The notes under the pieces are model-generated. The model did no database searches and was not told the origin of the DNA. It saw nothing but the letters and a program-made list of their open reading frames with translations. DNA of 64,000 nt from Blasia pusilla (taxonomy: Eukaryota): positions 44,578,001-44,642,000 of the forward strand of contig CM114271.1 of NCBI GenBank assembly GCA_050084515.1, in the 5' to 3' direction. The stretch's first letter is position 1, and the number at the start of each line of letters is the position of its first letter. Both the position numbers and the translations under genes were made by a program. Below, piece after piece: positions 1 to 13,479 of this stretch.

Positions 1-594
1 TGGTCTTCATCTTAAGATTCGCTAGGTGTACGAGCAAGGTCAAGATGATACACTATCAATGAAAATACATATGTGTTGTTTATTCTCTCGACTTAAGCCT
101 TAAGTGTTAGTGTTTAGTGCAACGAGCGATTGATCTAGCTTGTGGATATGTTGTGCTGCTTTTATTCCCGTGGTCCAAAGAAATGCATCTCACAACTAAG
201 TCCTACAATTGAGTTCTTCGTCGAATCAGATTAGGACTTCCGCCCAAAGTACCTGGAATCGAGCGAATAATTGCAACAGACGCAATCCCGAGGGCAAGCT
301 TTTGACAGTCGCCCTCAGGCAAAAACTCCAACCTAACTACTACCTATTCAAATCGACTAAGCCCTATTGAAATTTGACGATTCACTTCAAATATATTTAC
401 CCAAAGATTAGCATTGATAAATCGCACGACATACATTAGTAAGCTTACTCACCGGCTTCACACCATAGTGACATCGAGTATTGTATGACAGTTATGCTTA
501 GGCCTTTTCCGCATTCCTCTATACCACGGAATGCTTGAATGTACCAAAACTGATATTTGTTGCACTTCATGTCACCTTTCAATTTCTTCTTCTT

Positions 595-598
<4 letters not shown>

Positions 599-672
<74 letters not shown>
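599..672. repeat. (CT)n microsatellite
   Basis: Uninterrupted TC dinucleotide run; explains the poly-ER and poly-LS ORFs. Confidence 0.98.
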
Positions 673-675
<3 letters not shown>

Positions 676-980
676 TCCCTGAAAAGCAGGATGGGAACAC
701 AACTAAACTCTTGCGCCTTGTGTGACGATGGGGATGAAACCTCTAGTCATTACTTGGTCTCTTGCGCAAAATTCCCAACACACAAAGCGAGAGCATATGC
801 TCATATTGCTAAGCTGGTAGCATCATAATTGCTCAACACATTCAGTAGCCTTGATTCATTGCCCAAAGCTGTTGCACTGGTACGTAATGTCTATTGGGGA
901 TCCCAATCAGGTAAAGTAGATGGTATGGTGAAGAGTTTCTTGGTTGATACTTGGAAGCTCCGCACAAACATGTTGTTTGG
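673..980 (+). pseudogene. Probable 3' remnant of a LINE ORF2 (zf-RVT-like zinc knuckle)
   Basis: Translates as CALCDDGDETSSHYLVSC followed by W-KLRTNMLF. This resembles the C-x2-C..ET..H....C / IWxxRNxxxF tail of plant L1 ORF2. It contains a stop codon. Confidence 0.5.
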
Positions 981-1045
981 CCACTCATTGAGCCTTACCC
1001 GAATTTGAAAATATATTTGAGATTATACTACAGGAATTGAGCCTT

Positions 1046-1365
1046 ACCCGAATCTGACTCGTCGCGGATCGGAGTGGGTACTCGTTTTTTATGATCCACG
1101 ATTGCGCCATCCTCCACTTTAGCGACCTCTTGACGCACTGTAGGTTGAAGAGCTCGTCCTTGCTCCTTCCAGTCAACACCAAGAAGCAGCCCCTGTCACT
1201 CAGATAGGCGTCTGCAAAGGAGAACAATAGCGCGATTTGGTCATAAGAGAGCGGCACATTCCACTCAGGTACCCCGTCCGACGGATTCTCGCCCCAAAGT
1301 CGCAACCCCAAGGGCAGATCAGCGATCAAGAGATCCACCGCAACCTCTTCGACCACTCCATTCAC
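1046..1365 (-). pseudogene. Cargo-gene exon of copy A: amino-methyltransferase motif IV region
   Basis: VNGVVEEVAVDLLIADLPLG...YLSDRGCFLVLTG...WIIKN, followed by a GTAAGG donor. The same exon occurs at ~21905-22220 (+) and ~25600-25920 (-). Confidence 0.7.
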
Positions 1366-1757
1366 CAAGCTCGTGAGTCTTTCATAGCAGTGGATGAAAA
1401 TTTTATGTCTGTTTGATTTCTTCTCCAAATTGGAACCATCTTTGTATCCAAAGATGTTAGGGTGGACGGTACGCAAGACATAATAGGTGAGCAGATCCAA
1501 AGTGACCTCGGACCAGTAAAGTATGGAATCTCCTACCTTTAGCAAATGGTCAATCTGAGTTACTGCCCGCCTCGAATTTGTCTGTTTCCCAAGTAGACGG
1601 TCTAGAATTTCCTAGTGCTCCGAGCTCTACGTTTGCAACTCCAAGCTCTGCAGATCCGGCTTCGACTCCAACTTCACATGCTCGTACCAATGTTCTTCCT
1701 AAAGAGATTCCGGATGTTATCAACCTCATTGGATCTGTCGGACAATAATCGGGCCCT

Positions 1758-4405
1758 TTGTCCGCTTACTCGTTCCTCTTGCGAGTATCAGGCAATAGTT
1801 TGCTTTCGTCTCTGGCCTTGAAAATGTTCAAGCACATTCTCGTCGACAAGCTGCCGCCCATGTATGATGGTAATTGCATTTTTGAGTTGCCTCCACTTGC
1901 TGCTCCTGCTCAAAAAAAAGATGGAGGACGTCTGAAGGGTATGGACAGAAAGTCTCATTGTCATCGATGGTGCAGGCTTCAACGGACTAGTGCTTCAATT
2001 CCAGATGGTCCTTGGATTGTCTCCCGCCGCCAATGCGTGGGAGCCTTGGAGTGTAGAAGTCCAGCATGCCCGTATCTAGAGCCCAACGCGCGAGTCAATA
2101 TGTCGCAATTCCCCCCCAAGAATGCAGAAACTCCATACGAGGTCGGTGCCACCATACCGCCGGGAGGCCACCGATGTCCTCATTGTCAGGCATCGCCCTT
2201 CTGCGTTGGAGCGTATCCCGCATACATATTTTTCATTGTCCACGACTTGAGCTCCACGTCAGAGTACACAAGGCTGGAAGTTCATGTTGGCTCCCACACT
2301 CATCCAATGACCGATGCAATTTAGAGACACATCAAGGAGGATGTGGCGAAGAAAGTTGCCGAGGTCTACAGAAACTCTCGGGTTCAAAGCCCGGAGTGAT
2401 CAAGCTCACAACGGCATCAAAAATTTGTGAAAAATTGCTTGGAATCCCTGGACAGGGCGAGATCACGGCGGTTGAGGAGAAACAACTCTGGGAAAATCTC
2501 GCATTTCTCGCTGATCCTAAATGCTTCCGGAATTTTCTGCGTCAAATACGGGTTCTGGATGGGAAGACGGCCGAAATGGATGCCATCTCCAGAATCAAGG
2601 CCAACTCCAGATTTCCATTTATTCAGAGATGGCAATTCATGGGCTAAGGAGGCGAGGGATCCAGGGCCTATGTCTTCAAAATGTCAACCACAGGTCCGTC
2701 GAGTGGCCTCGATCTTATAGATCGAATGAGGGAAGGGGAAGATCTTTACGGCAGCTGGGTAAGTTTTGATATTTGCTACAAAGTGCTCAACGGATGGTTG
2801 ACAATGGGTGCTCATGTTTATCATCATGTGGACAAGGGACTCAAAACTATATTTGTCCGTGAAGTAAAGGCAGAAGACGTTGGCAGTTTGAAGATGTGCT
2901 GGTTACTCTTATTGGAGGTGGTGAAGGAAAACAAAAGGCCACCTCCGAAAATTTATGGGTTCATGGCGGACAATGCACAACCTGGGTGGATTGCTATCCG
3001 GGAAGTGTTCTGGGGTGGAGAGGTTCAACCGGAGAGGGAAAGGTCGGATGCTTTCCATTGGCATGATATGTGACCAGTACACCAAATCTTGCATCAAGGA
3101 GAATAAGAGGACAGAGCATGTCACTCTACTCCAACGCTGCAAGGACAACAAAACCTTGAAGCAGGCCATGAAATGCCAAGAAGAACTTCATGGGTGGTGG
3201 AAGAAGCATGCGATTGAGGGGAAGTACAAAGAGTTGTGCTATTGGTTGAGTTGGTGGACTGTACGTATGAGACAATGGGGAAACTTCATGCGGCAGGTGA
3301 GTTCACTATTTTGTCTTGTCAAGCTCACGCTGAGAATTGTTTGTAAAGTTGTAGCTCAGGGTGAGAAGCGTGGGAACTATAGGGATTTCAAACCAAAGAA
3401 ACCAAGCAAGCTTTCGGATGCGACGGGTTGCCCGAGTGTGCAACCCGACGGAAACCGACGGGTTTCCCGAGTGTGCAACCCGATGGAAACCGACGGGTTG
3501 CATCCAGATTTTTGGTGCAACCCGAGTGTGCAACCCGTCGGGACCCGACGGGTCACAGATTCGTTCATGGGATGCCTCGGCCTTGCAACCCGTCTGGTTC
3601 CGACGGGTTGCAGTAGGTGGGTTTAAGGTAACAACACGTCGGGACCCGACGGGTCGCAGAGTCGTTCATGGGATGCCTCGGGCCTGCAATCCGTCTGGTT
3701 CCGACAGGTCGCTTATTTCTTTGACTCCTGAGTTATTTTCGTTCCCTTCTAACATTGCCGTCGTTGCAGGGATTGAACGTTCATGAAAATGCCCTCTGCC
3801 CCAACACAAGAAGAGCAGAAAGTGTTCATTCCTCTTGGAGGTCGTCACAAGCATGCCAACGAATTTCACTTGTGAAGGCATGCCAACAAGACCAGGCAAG
3901 AGCAATGCAATAGTCTGCAGCATCCCATATCTTTCTCACAAAAGGCATAACAAAAGGAAAGGGGCCGTCGATCTACGAGCTCTATGTCAGGGCGGCTGTG
4001 AGATCTGGTGATGAAAAAATGTATGTGGAAGCCTTCAACCGGTGCGTAGGTGGAACTCCACTCGAGCAAGACGTACACATTGGTGGGGATAATCGTGGGC
4101 GGGTTTCAAGACGTCCCATATAGATGGTGGTAGAGCAGTCCGAGCGAGACTCATGGAGACCAGATAAGTATCTTGACTTCAGGCAGGTGAAGAGGCAGCA
4201 TCGTGGAACAAATCCGGTGATTGATTTGGATGAGGAAATTACGCCGCTCATGTATTCCGGGACCCTAGACCCATCCCAAATCCGTGATGGAGTTACTTCT
4301 CCAAAATTAGTGAATGTTTTATTTCAAAAGCCCTCCGTTGCTGGAAGTTCGCAACATCCTGTCACTAGGGTAGTTCAACAATATGGGATTCTGGTAATGG
4401 AGGTG
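1758..4405 (+). pseudogene. MULE transposase of copy A, 5' part (GCM-like Zn domain plus DDE core; intron 3297-3769)
   Basis: Contains RRQCVGALECRSPACP..CPHC..HVGSHTHP, WVSFDICYK (D1), FMADNA (D2) and DAFHW (CxxH position). After the GTGAGT..TTGCAG intron comes PNTRRAESVHSSW (E). Stops and frameshifts are present. Confidence 0.85.
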
Positions 4406-4829
4406 CACTAGAAGAAATGTGTGGTTTTTATGACTAGGCTATAAATGACTCACCAAAAGAATGACTCAAATTATGACTAAAATGGTTTAGTCATAAAAAT
4501 TATGTTCATGCAACTCACTTAGTCATTTGCTTATGACTAAAGGAGTTATCAATACCCTTTAGTCAAGACTAGTCGTATTTATTTCACTTGTCTAGTAATA
4601 CCTAGTCATAAACACAGACTAATCTGCTTAAGCAATCCATGCTCCAATGTTAAGGAATTTTTTTATTGCTGTTGGGATCAATACCATGTGTTCTTGGGCT
4701 TTGAGTACCTCTGCTCCTCTGGAAGACCATTCTTGATTTTTGGACCCTCTTCAAGGGGGGGGGGGTGTAGGAAAGATGTCATGAAGGAGGAAGATGGCAT
4801 TGAGTATCATTATATTGACTCTTGTGGCA

Positions 4830-6245
4830 TTTTAATGTTAAGATGCTTTTAACGTTTCTTCCAACCATTCAATGGTGGTGAAACTTGGCACAAACCTTGT
4901 AATTAAATCCCTCCACAATTTCAATGATTCCGATATGCTATTTAAGCCCCTATGCTAATACCAAAAATTAAAAAACCTTATTTAGGAATTACGGTTTTTA
5001 ATTCCATTTATGAGTGGTCATTTGTAAATTTTGCTTCTCTTGTGTTGATGGGATTGGGGTGCTTTGGGAAAAGTTTCATGATTTTTGGGCTCATAGTTAA
5101 GGCGGAGGGCAGAAAATGGTGGATCAAGAAGATGGTAACATGGTGATATCTTTTCTTGCCACCATTGGATGGTGATGAATCTTTGTCATAGCCTTTTCAT
5201 TAAATCCCTCCACAACTTCAACGGTTCAGATCTGCCATTTACGCTCCCATGCTAATACCAAAGATCAAAAACCTTATTTAGGGTTTACAAAATTTAATTC
5301 CATGTGTGAGTGGTAATTTGTAATTTTTTCCTTTCCCCTTTGTTCCAGGGATTGGGGTGCAACTTTGGGATAAGTTTCATGCTTTTTGGACTCATGGTAA
5401 TGGGGGAGGGGAGAAATGGCGGATCAAGAAGGAGGATGAGGACTTTGACTAATCTTGTTCCAAGTCGTTGACTCATTTTCATGGTAACATGGTGATAACC
5501 TTCTTCCCACAATTGGATAGTGATGAATCTTTGCCATAGCCCTGTTATTAAATCCCTCCACAACTTCAACGGTTCAGATCAGCCATTTAAATTCCCATGC
5601 TGATACAAAAAATCAAAAACCTTATTCAAGGTTTACGGTTTTTAATTCCATGTGTGAGTGGTCATTTGTAATTTTTTATTTTCCCTTGTGTTTGAGGGAT
5701 TTGGGTGCCCCTTTAGGAAACTTTTCATGATTTTTTGACTCATGGTAATTTGGGAGGGGAGAAAATGGTGGATGAAGAAGGAGGACAAGGACTTTGAGTA
5801 GTCTTGTTCTAAGCCATCGTGTCATTTTGATGGTAGCATGGTGATAACATTTCTTGCCACCATTGGATGGTGATGAATCTTAGCCATAGCCTTTTCATTA
5901 AATCCTTCCACAACTTCAACGGTTCAGATCTTTCATTTAAGCTCCCATGCTAATAAAAAAATCAAAAACCTTATGTAGGGTTTACGGTGTTTAATTCCAT
6001 GTGTGAGTGGTCATTTGTAATTTTTTATTTTCCCTTGTGTTTCAGGGATTGGGGTGCCGCTTTGGAAAAAGTTTCATGATTTTTGGACTCATGGTAATAG
6101 GGGAGGGGAGAAAATGGTGGATCAAGACGGAGGATGAGAACTTTGGGTACTCTTGTTCCAAGCCATTGTGTTATTTTCATGGTAACATGGTGATAAACTT
6201 CTTCCCACCATTAGATGAATCTTTGCCATAGCCTTTCATTAAATC
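4830..6245. repeat. Degenerate tandem repeat, ~4 units of ~300-350 bp, inside the CACTA
   Basis: TTAAATCCCTCCACAA or a close variant recurs at ~4903, 5200, 5547, 5898 and 6240, with conserved intervening sequence. Confidence 0.9.
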
Positions 6246-6750
6246 CTCTTGTAGTGGAGTACGCTGTTTGAGCTGTTGGGAGATGGAGTGAACGGTGAGG
6301 TCGGTTTCTCCTGTTTTATGGATCCACCCAAGGACGAGAGGAGGTATGAAAAATAGGTTCACATCAATTTATGTGGGATGTTTCCATGACATTTAGGGCT
6401 AATTACATACAAATATTAACCTAAACCTCTTACAAAAGGATGCTCCAAAAATCATGTGACACTTCATTTACGTGGCTTATATTGTATGATGTGACATATT
6501 ACTTACGCGGCGTGGCTCGGAAGATCTTTTGTTCTCTTTCAAAGTTCTCTTGGCGCGAAGGAGAAGAATTCATTTGAGGTTTGAATTTTTTTAGGTATTT
6601 TCATTATGTCACAATGCCGTTCTCTCTATCAGGGTTCCTCTCTCTTCAAAATGCTATTTCCTTCTTGCGAAGATATGTCGCACACTCTCGACAGATTGCG
6701 ATTGTCGTGTCGCTTCTGACATTCCCTCATCGTCATCGCTCTCCATTGCG

Positions 6751-7020
6751 TTGGCCATGGCTAATTGCCCTTCCCTACTCTTGCGGGCTACTGCCGCTGC
6801 TACTGCATCCCTACCACCTTTATTGCGCAAGAACTCATTGCTTGGACTTCAAGCTTTCACGAGCGGAGAGGCGCAGGTAGTTTATAACGATGGTGCCGAG
6901 TCGGTGTCTTCATCTTCTTGTGCTGCAGGGAAGAAGAGAACTCTCGAAGAGTTGACATGGGATCACTCTTTCATTTGTGAGCTTCTTGGAGATTCTCTGA
7001 CCGGAGATTCTGTACGCCAG
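6751..7020 (+). pseudogene. Captured first exon of a plant SelO/YdiU-family protein adenylyltransferase
   Basis: A transit-peptide-like leader is followed by KKRTLEELTWDHSFICELLGDSLTGDSVRQV. This matches my recollection of the plant SelO N-terminus (LEDLNWDHSFVRELPGDPR...REV). It ends at a CAG|GTATAT donor, and I recognise no downstream exons. Confidence 0.75.
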
Positions 7021-7615
7021 GTATATTACATAGTTTCCTGCCAAAAAGAGAGAATGAATGAATGAAACGATTGAGAGAGAGATGGTAGTACCTAGCTTTT
7101 GATAAGCTCTCCAGTGCCAATAGTGCTTTGCTTGTGAGGATGCTGAAAAGGTGGAGTACGTTGGGCTTTGTGTTTGCAGGTGTGGCTGGAAAAGAGGTTC
7201 TTAGGCGCCGTGCACACCTCGGAGTGGTTCAACACTGCCGATTGCAGCATCAAAACTGGTCTAATTGCCACTGTTATCGTTTCACAGGTTTTACTGAGCT
7301 CATCTTTAATTTTCTCCTGCTCACTTGTCATGATCTTTTGTTGTTGTTCTGGCCTCTTTTCCCGCAATGTGAATTGACGAAAACTGGCTCGCACTTGCTC
7401 GAGGAAAGAAAATTGCTCAGCAGTATACTTGCCCAACGCAATATAGGAATGCGGAGCCTAAATTTCGCTGATAATCACTAGTTTTGCTAGCCATCTCGTA
7501 GCTCATGTATATGGAGGTGCACAGTGGATCTTGGGAGCAGGAATTTTGTAGAGTTTTGTGTCAGCTCGTGGACTCCCATTTTAAAAGAAATGCTATAGGT
7601 TCTCCTCTTCGGGGT

Positions 7616-7717
<102 letters not shown>

Positions 7718-8272
7718 CCCAAGAATTTGAAGTGCGGTGGCTTGCGGATGTTGGTGGCAGGCTACAAATGTATCACACCAGTGAGTCTGACCGAGTGTTG
7801 TGGAGGACTGTCACCAGAAAGCCCTTCGTCTTTGCCGCCTTTGATAGAGGACCCTTTGAAGAGAGTAGAGGCTCGTTTGCAATTCACAAAAAAGGCAAAA
7901 TTCTATGCAGCCATCAAACCGTGGAGGAAGTCACTCTAGCTTGGCCCTCGGAAGCGTTTTCTAAATTTTCTCCCGGTTGCTCTGGGACCAATTGGTTTAG
8001 CCTCTCTCAACAAAGGGGGGATCACTCGTTCAAATGTGAGCTAGAACAGTCTAGTCTGATGTGGTGGTCTGTAGGTCGGGTCGGGTTCAAACCCTTAGAA
8101 TTTGAGCTGGGAGGACCAGGTGGGCAAAGTGGGAGTGATTATGAGCAAGGTCTTGCTCTCCCGGCGTCCCCTAGTGCGCATTCCTTCGTTTCTGCGAGCA
8201 ACCATCCAAGACCAACATACAGACACAAAACACGAAGAGTAGAAAAAAGAAAGGTAGAAAGCATAGCCACTA

Positions 8273-8362
8273 GAGAGGACACTAGTGCAGAGAAAATTTC
8301 ATGGCACAGAAAAATCCTATCATACTCTTGAAGTCAAATTTTCTCTGCACTAGTGTCCTCTC
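8273..8362. repeat. Perfect 27-bp inverted repeat with 36-nt loop
   Basis: GAGAGGACACTAGTGCAGAGAAAATTT (8273-8299) and its exact reverse complement (8336-8362). Confidence 0.95.
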
Positions 8363-11300
8363 GAAGTTGAGAACTTAAGTTGAAGTTTTGATGGTTTGCG
8401 GGGATGATTCGAGTTGATTTTTTGCTTCATATGGTGCGTTTTTTGCCTATTCCCAACCCGGAGCTACAATTTCCTAGTTTTATGCACTCAATGTTGGGCT
8501 CCGATTATTCAGCGGAGAAGGTGTCTAATCATTTCTGTTGCTGTACAAGCACATGCGTCGTTTGGATTTGGCATATTTCATTTCTGAGAAAAACACTGCT
8601 GAGAGACGATACTTAGTCTTCTCAATAGAGGGGTCTCTCTTTCCTTTTTAGAGAGAGAATTGGTCGAAAACACTGACGTCGGGTAGACAGACTTGTCCTT
8701 TGATCCAAATGCTCCTTACCTGGTTGAGGCTGGTTATTACTCGGGACGTGTGCGGGAGGCTGCTCATTCTAATTTCTCACTTTTCACGTATGCTGGGACT
8801 CTCGATTGCATAGGCTTCCATCCAAGCGTAGTTAAAGGCTTAATCATCACTGTTTATGCCATATGTTCGCCCGCCTTCGTCTCTTGTTGACTGGACAGAT
8901 TTGGAGCATTGTATTCGGATCTGTGAGGCAAGAAGGTCTCGCTACTAGTTTCATTTCAAACATTTGGTGGCCAACAATCCAAGAGCATGATAGGTTAAAG
9001 CATTGCTCATGCATAATTTCTGTGGGATATATTGTCCTTTGGGCCTCAGACTTCAAAAGCATAGATCGTGGATGGAGTGAGTGTATTTAAAGAGTTGGAT
9101 TTTTTTTGGTATGTGCCATATTTCCATTCTTCTGCAATTAGATTCCTGCACATGAAGTCATCTCAACCTTGCATTAGCTTGGCTGAAGCTGTGGTCGTCC
9201 TCCCATGCTTTTTGGATCTGAGCCTTGAACCCAAGATTTAAGGTAGATCCATTGACACACAATCTCTGCAATTTCCTTGCTCAATCCTTGTTCATACATT
9301 GTAACTACCGAGTTGTTAGGAGTCAAGAGCCAAAGATGACTCTTCTACTTTTTTGCAGATTTATTTCCATTCCCGGCTTATTGCAGGATTCCCATAGTGC
9401 CTTCAGATAGAAGCTCTCACTCTCATAGCCATTCCCTCACTCTTACATAACAGTCCAATGTCTCCTAAACATATTGTGTATAAGACCATTGGGTTCACAG
9501 TCTATAAGATTGGGTGAATGACATTCATCTGCAACTCAGGTATAAATTCTTGTCGAATGGCAGTATAGAACATGTTGGTGAGTGTAAAAAAAATAACATC
9601 ATTTGCTATTTTGAATTTATGAGCTTGACAACAAAGGTCATCCTCAAGCATATTGTGTAATCTTTAGCTACCTGATTTGATTTTTGAAGGTTGAAGAAGT
9701 CTGGCACATCCCTGTACCCATCGAGCCGCGGATTGATGAGCAAGGCCATCTTAGAATGTAACAACTGGCAACCATATGTGGTCCATACCTGAAGATCATG
9801 AAGGGATGTTGGCCTTCCTATTTTTTAATATTCTTAAGAGTGTGTTCAGTTGTATTTAAATTACTCTACAATTTCAAAGATTTTATTAGCAATTTACCTG
9901 CATTTCCTCCAAGGGAGCAATGTCTCTATGTGCTTAGCATCTGTTAAGTATATATAGAATGTGGTTGTGCCCTCATGGCGTTGTGGAGTTCCCTATGCAC
10001 TAACTCACTCCTTGTCAAATCATGACTTTGAGAAGAATGTGCAGGTGGGAGTAGTCTACTTATCTTCATATAGCTCGAATGGAAAGATTTTTTTGCAACA
10101 ATTATGTAGAATGCTACTCATATGGGGATCCAGAGTTCTCAGGCTTAATGATCAATTTTTGAGTGCATTAGTGAGTAGTACATCATTCAACCCTCTCTCG
10201 TTGGAAGTGTAATGGCATTTCACCAATGGTATTCCTTTCTCCTTAGCCAGGGTCCAAGGGGGATAGCTTTAGAGACGTATATGCCAAAGTAGATTAGTTC
10301 ATGATCAGATTCAAAACACTGGTGTTACTTTGTGATGATTGAAACCAGATGAGTGGAGGCAGGCACAGAGAATAGGGAGTGAGTTGCTCCTGAACTTTTG
10401 TGAACTGGAGATCTTCAGTTTCTCCCGCACTGGTGTAGACCTTTGATCTCATTGGCGATGACCCGCGAGTAGCATGTGGTTTGGTAAACGTACCGTGCCG
10501 TGGTGATTGAGTTGAGAGTTCCACTCCATCTTGTGTGACGGGAAGATCGTATCTAGGGATAGTCACCTGAGATAAATGTTATCTGTCAATCTTCAACTTC
10601 ACGCCCCTCAATACCAAGTCTTGGGATATAATTTGTAATTAGTAGAGATTGGGTTGAATTTAGATGATGGTAATATGCCATGCATCACTTGAAACTATGC
10701 TAATTCTGATATAAGATCTTACTTTTAAGACACTTATATTTTGTTCTTTTTGCATTTCATCCCCTTGCAGTTGAGTTGCCATGTTGTTGGTTGTGTGCCC
10801 TTATTCCAAATGCTATAATATGCTTAGGTGTATGCTTTAGTGTTGTAATTCAAAACAGAAATGGACATGAGGATTTCAATAACTTAGATCCAATAACAAT
10901 TGAAAGATCTTTCAAAAGGCATTAATAAATAGATCAAAAACTCAAAAAATGAAATCTATATTCATTATGAGTCATATTAAAATTATCGGTGTAGTGAGCT
11001 CTCATTTCTACCTAGTCAGTAAAAATGACTCATTCTGTCATGTCTGTAACTATCACAGTCATATTGTTACGTCTACACTAGTTGTAGGGCCTTCTACTCT
11101 AGTCATGTGTTACTACTCGGCGAGTGATTAAAGGTGATTGCATGAGTACACTAAAGTATTAAGAAAAAAATTGAAATGACTACACGAGTTGTTAACTATG
11201 ATTGAATCCAAAAATTTAATGACTCGTGGAGACATAACTATTACCGCCAAGTGGATTCCTCACCCATGGGGCACACTTGTCATATTGTTATTGGATATTG

Positions 11301-11687
11301 TGTACTATTACATGACTACACATGACTATTGTAGTCATTGATGGTAACTAGACAGATGCCCTAGATATGACTACATGAGTTGTCTTCCATAGTCCACGTC
11401 ATCACTGACATGTCACACCAATTAGTCCACGTCATACGTTAACGTATCATTATTCCACGTCATCTAAGTGACGTGTAAGTCATGGCCTCATGACTACATC
11501 CTCTAGTCATGTATCAGTATCCACGTAAGCTGACCATCCTAGTTAGCCTAGTTAGCCTAGTCGCCAAACGAATATGACTTGGATTTTGTGTCTAAAGTAG
11601 TCGTTAGTCATTGCCAGTCGTGCAATGTAAAGTATGACTCATATGAGTCATATAACCTAGTCATAAAACCAAGGATTTCTTCTAATG

Positions 11688-12542
11688 GTGGATTGCAACC
11701 TAAAACGGTGGCATATATCTCGGAGCAACCCAGGACGTGGACCCACCTGCAGGGCATGATCTAATGGCATTAGGAGAGCATGCGGCACTTTCCTAAATAA
11801 GAATGTACAAGGACTAGACGACCCGCTGGGTTTTGGGGACTCAAAACCTTTGATCGTTCACGAGGACCGGGATCAATTGAAGTACTTCTTACGCCCAAAT
11901 GAATCTTGCGCTTTCGAAAGTCTTATCCGGCCGCCATTGGAGCTCGGGAATACCCCACGATTTGGCCCATCGCCGCAGGGACGAATCGCACTCAAGACGA
12001 AGTGGACAATCTTACAAGTGCCGATTTCAGACTCAGAGACGGGGAAGTTCGAGCATGTTCAAGATTACAGAGACCTTCGATTTCGTATTCAACCCAAGAT
12101 TGATGTCAACATGTACCGGAGAAGGTGGATGATCTCAATCCATTATTTCTGTTTGAGTCTAGAAATGGGGTGAAGAGAAACAAAATGTGTAGGCCAACGG
12201 TGGAGAGCAAAGCTTAATTGCATCACTCAGGAGGCAAAAATGGAGATAATCGCCACGAAAGATGTCTTGAGTGGCAATGGAATAGGAAGGATGTATTGGG
12301 TCAGGAACAACACTGTAAATTCAAGTGTCACAGGGGTGTATGTGGTGCACATTTGTTGCTTTCCCACATGTTCATATGATGACTTTGTCCAAAGAGAGAC
12401 AAGTGGCAAAAGGTATTTCCCTTGTAAGCACATGTACTATGTGTTTCTTTGGTAGTTTTAAGAGAGTCGGAGGTAGGAGTAGGAATCCCGACCACCCTCA
12501 TCCCTCAAAGAAGTGCGAAGTATTTTAAACAAACCACTTTAA
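11688..12542 (+). pseudogene. MULE transposase of copy A, 3' part with SWIM zinc finger
   Basis: Resumes after the CACTA. YVVHICCFPTCSYDDF...FPCKHMYYV is a SWIM CxC..CxH motif with one Cys mutated. Confidence 0.85.
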
Positions 12543-12942
12543 GGATGCAAAATGAGGTTTTAGATTGTACTTTCATTTTTCCTGAACCTTCACTTTGAGC
12601 TTGAACTCTATTCAGCCCGGGGCAAATGATAGATTTTTTCCAGACCTTGGATGGAAAAAGTGATTGGTTCCACACTTATGATTCCACTGATTTTTCAGTT
12701 TTGTATATTTTGTGCAATTTGCAACTCGTCGGACTCAGAGGGGTTGCCAAAATATGGAAGAGGAAAAAAAAATTGTGGGACTGCTTAATATATGAACAAA
12801 AAACTGCAAAAAAATTCAAACAAAAAGTTTCCTCTCTTCAACCCAACGGAAACTCTCTTTGAAAAATATTATCTATTTCGGTTGAAGGTAGTTTCCTCTC
12901 TCCTCTCTCCTCTCTTCCTCTCTTCCTTCTCCTCTTACCGCA

Positions 12943-13479
12943 TGGAGGAGGCACACGTCCATGATCTTGACAAGTGCAATCGTGTTGATGATGGGCTCCA
13001 CCACATGACCAACAAGTAACAGTAGGCGGCTGCAAGTGAGCCGAATATGAAGGCGCAGGTCTCTATGGCACGGCCTCCCAGTATCCTCCCTGAGCTCGTG
13101 GTGCCACAGTCGACCTATCTCAGAGTCCACGTTGCTGCACATGTAGTGAAGGCAATCGTGATTGCTCTTGCCAAGAACCCGTGGTGGCTACGCTCTCCTC
13201 CGCCATGTTGCGCTCAATGTTCTCGGCGGTCCTAAAAACATCTCTCAACGTAGGGGAGGTGTTCATAAGAAGCACCCCCTCCCGCACTTGTGTCCGTAGG
13301 GTCCGGTCCAGCATCACGTACCATGACTGGATAGCTTGAGCCTCTGTCACCCCCTTAGTGACATTGATCAACCGACACAAGCGAGTGTGAGCCTCATGCA
13401 AACTCTCACCCGGGCGCCTCTGGAAGTCGTGGATGCTCCACAACTTCTCCGTCCGTACCCCCTGGTAGCTCGCCCTCAA
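12943..13479 (-). pseudogene. Gypsy gag fragment, 3' half; target of the 21-kb MULE insertion
   Basis: LRASYQGVRTEKLWSIHDFQRRPGESL... continues directly from ...VEFFAELRA at 34897. It is homologous to the gag at 43140-44117. Confidence 0.85.

Noticed and set aside
445-828. ORFs with poly-ER and poly-LS tracts (also 7505-7939)
   Set aside because: They are translations of CT/GA microsatellites.
986-1060. 21-bp near-duplication TTGAGCCTTACCCGAAT
   Set aside because: It lies at the truncation point of copy A and is most simply a repair scar.
3306-3786. Several overlapping ORFs rich in CNP/ATRR
   Set aside because: They are translations of the intronic palindrome array. The same applies near 15400-15900, 18100-18700 and 29700-30430.
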